This document shows positions 12,241 through 23,475 of a DNA stretch of 64,000 nucleotides, one piece after another (position 1 is the stretch's first letter; every line of letters begins with the position of its first letter). The stretch is taken from NCBI GenBank assembly GCA_043228905.1, contig JBHGNT010000015.1, positions 14,446,001-14,510,000 on the forward strand, in the 5' to 3' direction. The stretch is from Azolla caroliniana (Eukaryota > Plantae > Polypodiophyta). A program made the position numbers and the translations under genes. A model generated the notes under the pieces. The model was not told the DNA's origin and did not search any database. It worked only from the letters and a program-made list of their open reading frames with translations.

Positions 12241-13576
12241 AGAGGCGGTAGGAAGGATCAAATCGAGGATCAACCGATACTTGGAGTGGCATCCTCAAGC
12301 AACCAAGCGGGAGAGTTCGAAAGGATGATGTTGATTGTAGAACAAATGATGAGATCTCGAGACAACGATGCGAGCGTGGAGAACACCGTCAACCGTGTCG
12401 TAGAGCTCGAGGGTCAATTCGATGGAAGGAACGTTACAAAGTTCCTTAACACATACAAAAGGGAGATGAATCAAAAAGATATGTCTGAAGCACGACAAAT
12501 CACGAGTTTCAAAAGGGTGGTCGCCAACAACATCCAAAGACGCGTCATCGAGCTTCAAGAAGGTAAGACAACATGGTCCAAGTTTGAGAACACGATATTA
12601 GCGGAGTTCGTGACTGAAGACTTAATGAGGATGACTCGACATGCCCTAATGAAGTGGATAGAGAAGAAGAATAAGAAGATGAGTGCCTCGAGGGTGTACG
12701 ATGAATTCGACCAGATGTTTAGTTGTTTCCCCAACACGGACCAAGTGCTGCTTGAAGAGGACAAGACTTTGTACTTCTTGAAAGCTGTGGACATGAAGGA
12801 TAGACGAGAATTGGGGACTCTTCTCGAAGATGATACCCAAGCAAATGGGTTTGTGGCGGACTGGGTTGTGGTGAAGCGAGCATGCAATAGGCTCAACAAG
12901 CGTCGTCAGTGGGTTGATGACACCGACTTGGCGGGATCAAATGTTGTGGAGAAAACGAGACAACCGAAAGTAGCTGAGCTGCCCAAACAAAGTAACCCCG
13001 AAGAAAGAAGATTGATAACAACATCATCAAAGAACTGGCAAAGAAGTTCGAGATGGTTACGCTAGCCAACATGTGTCATGATATGGCAAGACTCGAACCC
13101 ATGACCTTTTACTACATGGGTCGAGCTCTTGACCATTAGACTATACATTGTAATACATAAAATATTATTTTCATTTATGTTTTATTATAGAAAATTGATG
13201 TATATTCCAGATTTCTCTGGAACATTCTAGAAACTTCAAGAGTATTCCTTAGAACACTATAAAAGGAGGCACAAGGCATTATTTCGAACCAAATCGGTTC
13301 AACGCCAGTCTTAAGCCTCCTAGCTACTGTACATTTTCTTCACATAATATATATCTTTTCTTATCATCACTCTCTCTCGATCTCGATCTCTCTCTCCCTC
13401 CCTCTCACTCACTCTTTCCTTCTCTCGAGAGTTCTTCACCTCTCTTAGTACTAATACTTCTTTTAGTACTAATTCCTTCTCTGTCTTAGTACTGTTCCTG
13501 ACAGTTTGAACCGATTTCCCTACCTTCTGTCTCTCTCATTTCCTACTAATCTCTTATTCCTCTTTTCTTTCATCCC

Positions 13577-14728
13577 ATGGCCACTGTTAGCGCTGGAGAA
13601 TATCAATCTGTTTTCTCGGAATTTCAATGCTTGAAAGAGAAGTTCCATGCTTTGGAACAAGAAAACCAACGGTTGCTGGGGGATCTTCAGCAAATCTCCT
13701 TAGAAAAGCAGCAAACGCAACAACAACATGGGGAACTTGCGTTACGCGTGCAACAACTCGAAGCAACCATCGTAGCGATGCAACAACAAGGGCCCAGAAC
13801 ACAAGGGATTCATAAAGAACCCAAGATTGGCCTTCCCACGAAGTTCGATAGAACGCGATCGCAGTTTAGAGGGTTCCTTAACCAGGTACGATTAGTTATT
13901 CAAATGCATCCTTCCCGGTATCCCACTGATGCATCACGAGTGGGTTTAGTAGGCACTTTGTTAAGTGGCTCAACGTTGGCATGGTTCGCTCCACTATTAG
14001 AAAAGGAATCCCCGTTACTCAACAATTTTGAAGAGTTTCTAGGTGAGTTTAAAGCATGTTTCGGAGATACTGACAGCATCAGGACCGCAATCAACAAAAT
14101 TCGGCGATTACGCCAAGGTGACCGTCCAGCCTCCGCATATGCCACAGATTTTCGCCTACTCGCCACCAATATCCCTTGGGATGATCAAGCGTTGATGGAG
14201 CAATTCCGTTATGGTTTATGCAACGATGTCAAGGATTTACTCTTGACCTTCCCCGAAGAGCCAAAGTCCTTAACAGAAGCAATCAGTCGCGCGGTGAGAT
14301 GTGACAACCGCCTCTTTGAGCGACGTTCGGAACGACAACTACAGATGCCGAGGGCAAGATCAGAGCCCACCTACGCCTCAGTGGTAGCAAGACCTTTTCC
14401 GAGGGAGTCATATAATGCGCCTCCAACGAATACTCCGACTCCGATGGAGATTGACACTACACGTCGTCGAGGGCCATTATCCGAAGAAGAAAAGCAGCGA
14501 CACCGTATAAATCGACTATGTCTTTACTGCGGTGGACCAGGACATATTGCAATAAATTGCCCCCATAGGCCAAGAAGACAGGTAAACCAAATAGTCGCTA
14601 GTTCTAATTGTACTAAACCCGAGCCTATTTCAGTAGGGATTTCTGATAGTCCTAATAGTACTAATAGCCCAGATCTAGCAAACAGATTTGATGTCCTTAG
14701 TCAGTTAGAAGAAGAGTTAAACGACTAA
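13577..14728 (+). CDS. Gag of element C (PEG10/Tcn1-like capsid, CLYCGGPGHIAINC zinc knuckle), 383 aa
   Basis: Intact ORF, conserved with C2 gag at 57699-58856. Confidence 0.88.
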   Translation: MATVSAGEYQSVFSEFQCLKEKFHALEQENQRLLGDLQQISLEKQQTQQQHGELALRVQQLEATIVAMQQQGPRTQGIHKEPKIGLPTKFDRTRSQFRGFLNQVRLVIQMHPSRYPTDASRVGLVGTLLSGSTLAWFAPLLEKESPLLNNFEEFLGEFKACFGDTDSIRTAINKIRRLRQGDRPASAYATDFRLLATNIPWDDQALMEQFRYGLCNDVKDLLLTFPEEPKSLTEAISRAVRCDNRLFERRSERQLQMPRARSEPTYASVVARPFPRESYNAPPTNTPTPMEIDTTRRRGPLSEEEKQRHRINRLCLYCGGPGHIAINCPHRPRRQVNQIVASSNCTKPEPISVGISDSPNSTNSPDLANRFDVLSQLEEELND

Positions 14729-17700
14729 GTCCAGCCAAAATAGGAGCCGTTTGGTTGGACAGCCCTAGTTCTGTGGAACCCATTAGTGGTTTCATTCCCT
14801 CTAAGCAAGTTAGTGATGTGTTCGTAGCCCAAGTAATAGTTAGTACTAAAAGTACCCCTCCAGTACATGTCCTAGCACTCCTAGATTCCGGAGCTAACTC
14901 TTGCTTTATGGATAAGAAATTTGCTCAAGCTCATAAGATATCCCTAAGAAAACTCCAGTGTCCAGCCTCTGTAGTAGTCATTGATGGACGTCCCATTGCT
15001 TCCGGAAATATCATAGAAGAGTCAGAGCCCATTAATATTGTCCTAGATAACTTAGCATGTGTAGTATCATTTAATATTATTAGTATCCCAGAACATCCCA
15101 TAGTTTTAGGATTACCGTGGTTCGAGTTACATAACCCAGACATAGATTGGAGAACAAGAGAAATCCGGTGTCGACAAAACCAAGGGTCAACTCAGAAGAT
15201 GGCAACCATTTCGCTATGTCAGTTGCGTAAAGAAGGGCACAAGGAGGAAATGTTCCTCTTTGCAATATCAGTAAACCCCTCCAGCACCACTAAAGAAGGA
15301 TCCACTGTTCAACTTCCCGAGAAGTATCGTCATTACGCCGATGTGTTCGATAAAGTACAAGCCAACACACTTCCTCATCATCGACCGTACGATTGCCCCA
15401 TCGATTTACAACCGGGAAAAGAGCCGCCATGGGGACCGATCTACAATTTGTCACCAACCGAGTTGGAAGTCCTCATCGACCATACAAGCCAACACACTTC
15501 CTCATCATCGACCGTATGATTGCCCCATCGATTTACAACCGGGAAAAGAGCCGCCATGGGGACCGATCTACAATTTGTCACCAACCGAGTTGGAAGTCCT
15601 TCGGGCCTATCTAGAGGAGAATTTGGAAAATGGTTTCATCCGACATTCGAAATCTCCAGCCGGCGCACCCATTTTCTTCGTCAAGAAAAAGGATGGATCG
15701 CTTCGTCTTGTTGTAGATTACCATGGCCTGAATAAGGTTACAATCAGGAATAGGTATGCTCTTCCCCTTATCTCAAGTCTTTTAGAACGGATCAATGGTG
15801 CTAGGTTCTTCACGAAGATCGACTTACGGGGAGCATATAACCTCGTACGGATCCGACCAGGAGACGAATGGAAGACCGCATTTCGCACCAGATATGGGCA
15901 CTTCGAGTATACGGTCATGCCGTTCGGCCTCACTAATGCACCGACAGTCTTCCAGCACATGGTTAATGATATATTCCGAGATCTATTGGATGATTGTTTG
16001 ATCATCTATTTGGATGATCTACTAGTTTATTCAAAGACCCAAGAAGAACATGATTCTCAGGTACTATTAGTACTAAAACGACTTCGAGAACATGGTCTGT
16101 ATGCAAAGCTGGAAAAATGTAGTTTCGGGTGCAACCAAGTGGAATTTCTCGGCTACATCATTTCGTCAGAAGGCATCTCCATGGACCCAGCTAAGGTCAA
16201 AACGGTGGTAGAATGGCAGACTCCACGTTCGGTGCGGGATGTGCAATGCTTCCTAGGCTTTGCCAATTTTTACCGGAAGTTCATACAAGATTACTCAAAG
16301 ATCGTTCTACCTCTCACACAACTTACCAGGAAGGGACAACCGTTCATTTGGTCTGATGAAACGGACGTGGCTTTCGAGAGTCTTAAAAAGGCATTTACAT
16401 CGGCTCCAATTCTAGCTCATGTCGATCCGGAAAAACCATTTATTATCGAAGCTGACGCATTGGATATTGCATTGGGGAGCATTCTGTCACAACAGGGGAA
16501 TGATGAGAAGCTACATCCTGTGGCTTTTCACTCCCGCAAGTTTGACGCCACCGAAATCAACTACGAAATTCATGATAAGGAGCTATTGGCAATAATGGAT
16601 TCTTTTATGCAATGGAGGCATTTTTTGGAGGGATCCTCTCATCCGGTCACCGTATTTAGTGACCACAAGAACCTTGCCTACTTTCAGGATGCTCGTGTGT
16701 TGAATCGACGTCAAGCTCGGTGGGCCCACTTCCTCACGCGTTTCGACTTCAAAATTACATATCGTCCGGGGAAGCACCAAGGGAAGGCAGATGCATTATC
16801 ACGGTGTTCGTATCTAGCACCCCGTCCCGGCGAGCCAGCTTTCGATAACCAAAAACAAGTCATCTTGGGACCGGCACGACTACAAGCAACAAAGATCTTT
16901 GACATGCCCATGGATTCCCGCGTTATCGATACCATACGCGAAGACTTGAAGACAGATGCGTTCACCCAAGCTATACTAGCACAAATTGATCCCTCTCGAG
17001 CGTCGTGTTCATAGTCGCAACCACCAGGTACGGACTATCGGCAATTCAAATACCATGATGGATTACTCTTCTTTAAAGAACTTTTGTATGTTCCTAATGG
17101 TTCTTGCCGCCTTCAAGTAGTACAAAACTGTCATGACACATATACAGCTGGGCATTTTGATAGTACTAAAACACTACATTTAGTACAACGATCATTCTGG
17201 TGGCCCTGTATGCGACAATTTGTCGAGGATTTTGTTCGGACTTGTGATACATGCTGCAGAGCGAAAATGCCAAGGCATCATCCATATGGTTTATTAGAAC
17301 CATTACCAATTCCAAGCAAGTCGTGGCAATCCATTGCTCTAGACTTCATCACAGATCTTCCAGTCTCTAAGGGGTTAAATGCGATTCTAACGGTGGTCGA
17401 TCGATATATGAAGATGGCTCATTTCTTGCCATGTACTAAGGAGATCTTTAATGAAGACACTGCCGAAATTGTCATGTGTGAAGTATGTCGGCATCATGGA
17501 CTTCCCGATAGTATCATCAGCGACCGTGGACCCCAGTTCATGTCAAAATTCTGGAAGCACCTTTTTAACATGCTCAAGGTCACTTGTAACCTCTCCTCCG
17601 ACTACCACCCACAAACCGACGGCCAAGCCGAACAAACCAATCAAATGCTAGAGAAGTATCTACGGTGCTTTCTCAACTATCATTAGGATGACTGGGCAGA

Positions 17701-18439
17701 TATTCTCCACTTCGCCGAATTTGCCTATAACAACTCTATCCACGCATCCACGAAAGTTATGCCATTTTATGCTTATACGGGATGTCACCCCCGGTGGTGT
17801 GTACTTAAAACCCCAGAGGTGTCCACAAATCCTTGCGCAGAGGATCGTTTGGAGAGGTTACGCAAGATACAAGCGGATTTATCTACTCATCTCCAACAAG
17901 CTCAACAAACACACAAGGTTTATGCGGATCGTCATCGACTGCCATCTAGTTTTAACATTGGAGATCGGGTATGGCTACTCCGACGACACATCAAGACTAC
18001 TCGCCCATGCGAGAAGTTGGATTATTGGTGATTAGGTCCTTTCCGTATTATCGGAAAGATTAATGATGTCGCTTTTCGTCTTGATCTACCTCCACAACTT
18101 CGGATACATCCAGTGTTTCATAGTTCTCTCCTCGAACCCTATCAAGAAAGCACCATCCCAGGACGTATTACACAGCCTCCACCCCCGATCGAGCTTGAAG
18201 ATGGACCTGAGTACGAGGTTGCCGCCATCCTTGATTCCAAGCTTGTTCGCAACAAGCTCTACTATCTAGTTGACTGGCTAGGATATAGTCCCAGCGAGCG
18301 TACTTGGGAACCGATAGAGAATGTCACCAATGCTCGTGCTCTTCTTGAAGACTTCCATTGTCAATATCCAGCCAAACCGGGTTCTCAATCCAAAACGACT
18401 CGTTACACTCGTTGTTTTAAAGGGTGGATAGCGTCATGA
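14716..18439 (+). pseudogene. Pol of element C (PR LLDSGA, RT YLDD, RNaseH, IN, chromodomain), disrupted
   Basis: In the -1 frame relative to gag. A 127-bp duplication frameshifts it near 15480; further stops at 17014, 17686 and 18031. Confidence 0.88.
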
Positions 18440-21400
18440 TATGGCAAGACTCGAACCCATGACCTTATACTACATGGGTCGAGCTCTTGACCATTAGACT
18501 ATACATTGTAATACATAGAATATTATTTTCATTTATGTTTTATTATAGAAAATTGATGTATATTCCAAATTTCTCTAGAACATTCTAGAAACTTCAAGAG
18601 TATTCCTTAGAACACTATAAAAGGAGGCACAAGGCATTATTTCGAACCAAATCGGTTCAACGCCAGTCTTAAGCCTCCTAGCTACTGTACATTTTCTTCA
18701 CATAATATATATCTTTTCTTATCATCACTCTCTCTCTCTCTCGATCTCTCTCTCCCTCCCTCTCACTCACTCTTTCCTTCTCTCGAGAGTTCTTCACCTC
18801 TCTTAGTACTAATACTTCTTTTAGTACTAATTCCTTCTCTGTCTTAGTACTGTTCCTGACAACATGAATCGTTGGGGGCCCAAAGGAAAAGAACCCTTTA
18901 GATGCGTGTGGTGCGATGGCATGGACCACATTAGAAGAGATTGTTCGAGCCTTCGAGACGCCATTCGACAAAATATCGTATACATAGATGACAACATGAT
19001 CTGCTCGAGCGAGACTAGAAGACCCCTACGGGTGAATTTTGGAAGAGGAGGAATGAAGAAAGCTATGGAGGATGCCAATGCGACTCATGTGGATGCGATG
19101 CACTATGCTGCGTCGGCCGGAATAAGAGTCGGGAAAGACAAGACTGAAGCTGCTAGAGCGGGAGCAAAGTTTTGGACTTCCGTTCTCGAATATGAGAAGA
19201 AAGGAAAAGTCACTTCGAACGAAGTAGAGCTTGCGGATCGAAGTGTACAAAGTATAACCGGATGGTCGGATCTGGTGGATGACAACACCATACTTGCGGA
19301 GGTGATGTGCGACAACCACGAGGTGTTCGTCGAAGAAAAGAGAAAAAGAATAGAAGAGCAAGGCCCATCAAAAAGACATGAAACAAGGAATGCGAAAAAG
19401 AAGGAAGATGCGAAGACAAGTCGAGCTTTACAAATGGAGGAACGAGAATCAAGCCGAAAAGGAGAGCCGAGCATACGAGTCGAAGAAACCGTACGACCCA
19501 TGAAGGTTGGTGTCGAAGACCCCGCTCGGAGGACAAGGGCTATGCCCACCTATAAGCTAAGGTCGGACATAGAGCAGACGACCGACCTAAAGAAGATTCT
19601 CGAGGAACGCGTTCTTGACAGCCACGTGACTTTGCCCTTGAGGGAATTACTCGGCATTACGAAGAAGGAGTTCCACGACACGATCGTGGACCTTGTAAAG
19701 TGAAAAAGGCAACAATCGAACGAAGAAGAAGAGAAGCCACTAAAAGCGAAAGCAAATGCCATAACGATGGCAAGAGACGAAGTCGATGAAGAAATGGTGG
19801 ACAACCACTATACTCGACCTCATTGGGCACGAGTGACAACGGAGACGCCGGTGAAAATCGGGGAGACGAAAGAGACTGTGGTAGCCTTGATCGACCACGG
19901 CTCGGAGATCAACCTCATGTCAACTGACTTCTACAAAAAAGGAAGATGGCCAATCAATACAAATCACGGATGGAAGATTCGCGTGGCAACAAAGACTACG
20001 GAGCACTTGTACGGAGCTTGTCCCAATGTTAAAGTCACGATCGGGGATGTGGAGATGGATCAACACTTCTTCGTGCAAGACGCGTTGCATCCTGTTATCC
20101 TAGGACAACCGTATATCACATCATCTCGGATGGAGACCAAAGTGTTCAATAATGGAGCAGCCTTCACACGAATAAAGAGTCTTGACAACCAAAGATCGGT
20201 CCAATTCCTAACGGTGCAAGCTAATCATGAAAGAAATCGAGATAGTCTTGGAGGTGAATCTCTGGATTTTTAGAGCAGACTATTGAAGCATGGGGCACAA
20301 ATAGTCTGAGCAATCGCAAGTCCCCACAAGAAAGTAGAGCGCGTGGATTGCGAGGAGAAGCAACATGTGTCACACCTAGTGGCGCATGTAAACTAGTACT
20401 ACCCGACAAGAAGGACAAGCATCGGATACAAAACTTCGAGAAGATGCTGAAAGAAGAAAACATAATAGAAGAAGAAGAGTTCGTGACTCATATTATGGAA
20501 GAAGCCTCATTTAACGACACCATCAGTGAAATCGAGGACGTCGTGGACTTGAGCTATCTTCACGATCATCACGTGATTTCGGTTAGCTCCATCAACATGT
20601 ACGTTATCATCGATGAATATCATCGAAGCATCTTGATGAAGGAAGCCGATGTCAACACAAAATATAAAACGGTGGATAAGAAGGTCAAGCCAGTTGCAGT
20701 TTTGCTACGAGAAGATAGCTAGCAAAAGATGAAGGAAGTCGCTAACGATCCAAGCTTAAGAGATCTGAAGACAATAGGTCATGTCTTCACCAAAGAGACG
20801 AAGGGAAAGCTACGAGTTGGAAGGGAGGATTTCCTTCTCCCTGAAGAGGAGTGAATGTTTCGCGACATGCTTGCGAGACATGGGAAGGCTTTCACATTTT
20901 TCCCACGAGAAATCGGATGTGTTGATCCAAGGACGATAGAACCAATGGTGATCTTCACGGTGCCGCATGTGCCTTGGAATTTGAAACTGATACCGGTTCT
21001 GAGAGCACACCTACCGAAGCTGATCAAGATATTAAAGGAGAAGGTGAATATGGGAATTCTGGAACCGTCGAATGCTCCTTATTCCAATAGGTGGTTCACG
21101 GTGCCGAAGAAGAATGGATCATTGCGATTCATCCAAGATCTTCAACCCATCAACAAGGTGACAATTCGAAATGACGGAATCGGTTCGAGCGTGGACGAAT
21201 TTGCCGAGGCGTTTGCGGGCCGGTCCATCTACTCCATTGACGATCTCTACTCCGGATATGACCAATTCCAATTGGCGATCGACTGTCGTAACATTACAAC
21301 CATGAGGACTTCGATCGGGCTTGTGCAGATGTGTACCTTACCTCAAGGCGCAACGAACTCGGTGGCTCATACAGTGAATGCCATGAACAAAGTCTTGAAG

Positions 21401-22392
21401 GATTGTATCCCGGACATCACGATGCCATTCTTGGATAATATTCCGATAAAAGGATGTTCGGATGAGGAGAAAGATGAATCGAAAGTTAAGGAAGGGTGTA
21501 GAAAGTTCGTCGCGGATCATATGAAAGATTGCGAGAAGGTGCTTCAAAGGCTCAAAGATGCGAATTTGACATTTTCGGGAGAAAAATCCACATTCGAGCA
21601 ACCAGAGATCTTGGTGGTAGGTCACTTGTGTGGAGCATACGGCCGGAAGCCTTCGCCATCCAAAGTGAATGCAATCCAAGACATGAAAGAAGAATGTGAA
21701 AACCAAATGGAGGTTCGACGGTTCCTTGGAGCATGTGCGTTTTATCATATCTGGATTCCTCACTACACTTATGTCGCCGAACCGTTATATGGACTACTAA
21801 AGAAAACAATGAAGTTCGAATGGCGAAGCGAGCATACAAACGCGATGCAAAGATTGAAGAAACTACTTCTTGAAGCTCCAACACTAAGAAAGGCCAACTA
21901 TACCGAAAGGAAGTCGATTTATGTGACTGTAGATACGAGCCCAACCGGAATCAGGTGGGTCATCAACCAAGAAGGAGAAGATAATGCGTGATATGCCATC
22001 CGGTTCGGAGCAAAGGTTCTTAGCGAACGGCAAAAAAGATACGCCCAAGTCAAGCGGGAACTTTGGGGTATTGTGTCGGCAGTGAAGACGGACAAAGATT
22101 ACCTGATCGGGACGGAAGTGATAATAGAGATAGATTGTCTCCCAATCCTCGGAATGATCTTAGGATGTGCGACCCCAGATCTAGCTTTGCTAAGGTGGAT
22201 CACCTATATCAAGTCTTTAAACCGAGAGATCCGTCACATTGCAGGGAAGAAGAACGCCATGGTTGACATGCTGTCGATGGCAAGATTTGAGAATGAAAGT
22301 GACATGGTTTCGGAAGATGAAGATGTCACCCTTGACTTCTTTAAGATGGCTAGATTATCGGCAGAAGACAAGGACACGCTAACCTTCCACGC

Positions 22393-22786
22393 ACTCTGAC
22401 AAGTGCATCCGAATCGTGGCGCGGACGATTTTGTCCAGCTTTAGCCACTCGTTTGCCTTGTATGCTTCTGGAGGATTTTTATTCTCAATCGGGTCTATCT
22501 GACCCTTGACTATGACATAGTCTTGCATTTGTTCCTTCCAGAAGTTGAAGTTCGAACCGTCGAACCTCCTTAGAATCATCTCCGATGAGCCGGATGTTGA
22601 TTCCATCTGATTTGGTTTCGGTTGGTAAGACTCTGTTCGGAGTTGATTGGGAACCTTAGTTGGGTGCAGCCGGTCGGCTCACCCGATATCGTTCTAGTCG
22701 ATCTTGAACGCGAGTCGGTTTGGTTTCGGATACTTGTTTGTTGAACCTTCTTGGAGTGACTCTGGTTAGCTTCCGATTGTATGCCG
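22393..22786 (-). other. LTR-less captured fragment (5' leader plus gag start) of an A-family copia inside B pol
   Basis: Encodes MESTSGSSEMILRRFDGSNFNFWKEQMQDY..., homologous to A gag. Absent from B2 at the same site. No TSD. Confidence 0.8.
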
Positions 22787-23151
22787 AATAGAGGATGAGT
22801 ACGAAGGGGAGTGGTTACTAATCGGCAGATTCCGAAGATCAATGATGACGGATGCTTCGTTGATGAAGGAGGAGGCCCTACGAATCTGAAAGAAAGCTTA
22901 CCAATACTTCTTGAAGGGAGGATTCCTTTGGCGACACCCAAAAAGAAGGACAGGAATACCACGTCGAGTGGTGGTGAAGTAAGAAGAGCAAGTGACGCTG
23001 ATGACCGAATTCCACGAGAGTGCTTGGGCAGGTCATAGAGGAACATGGACGACGTTCGAAAAGTTGAAGGAAAAATATTGGTGGCCGAGCATGTACAAAG
23101 ATGTACTCCATTTCGTGTCCACATGCGAAACTTGCCAAGTACATTCGAATA

Positions 23152-23428
23152 TGACGGGAACTAAAACGCTCCTTATACGCAACGCTCGGCCACAACCGAG
23201 CTTAGAATCATACACAGAAAACGGGAAACGGAAAAACACACGACACAAAGGAGAGGAAAATGTACATAGGATGTTTAACGTGGAAAACCCAAACTAAGGG
23301 AAAAACCACGGCAGCCCACAGGCTGCAAACTATCGCTATGTTAGAATGTACAACAGTGAGTTCACGGAGGCAACGACCTCGTGCTCACGATCCTCGCCAC
23401 AAGCGGCGGTTACAACAGAGGCAACGAC

Positions 23429-23475
<47 letters not shown>

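Larger units (their letters stand above)
13074..18861 (+). mobile_element. Element C: chromovirus Ty3/gypsy (Tcn1-like), full length, inserted in the gag of B
   Basis: 430-bp LTRs 13074-13503 and 18432-18861 (about 7 differences). Perfect TSD ACATG. PPT at 18419-18431. C-terminal chromodomain YEVAAILD...YLVDWLGY...TWEP. No tRNA PBS. Confidence 0.93.
12286..20273 (+). pseudogene. Gag-protease ORF of B, split by element C, with a frameshift near 13010 and a stop at 19703
   Basis: Collinear with the open ORF 62269-63981 of relative B2. Contains CVWCDGMDH..RDC knuckle and DHGS protease motif. Confidence 0.85.
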
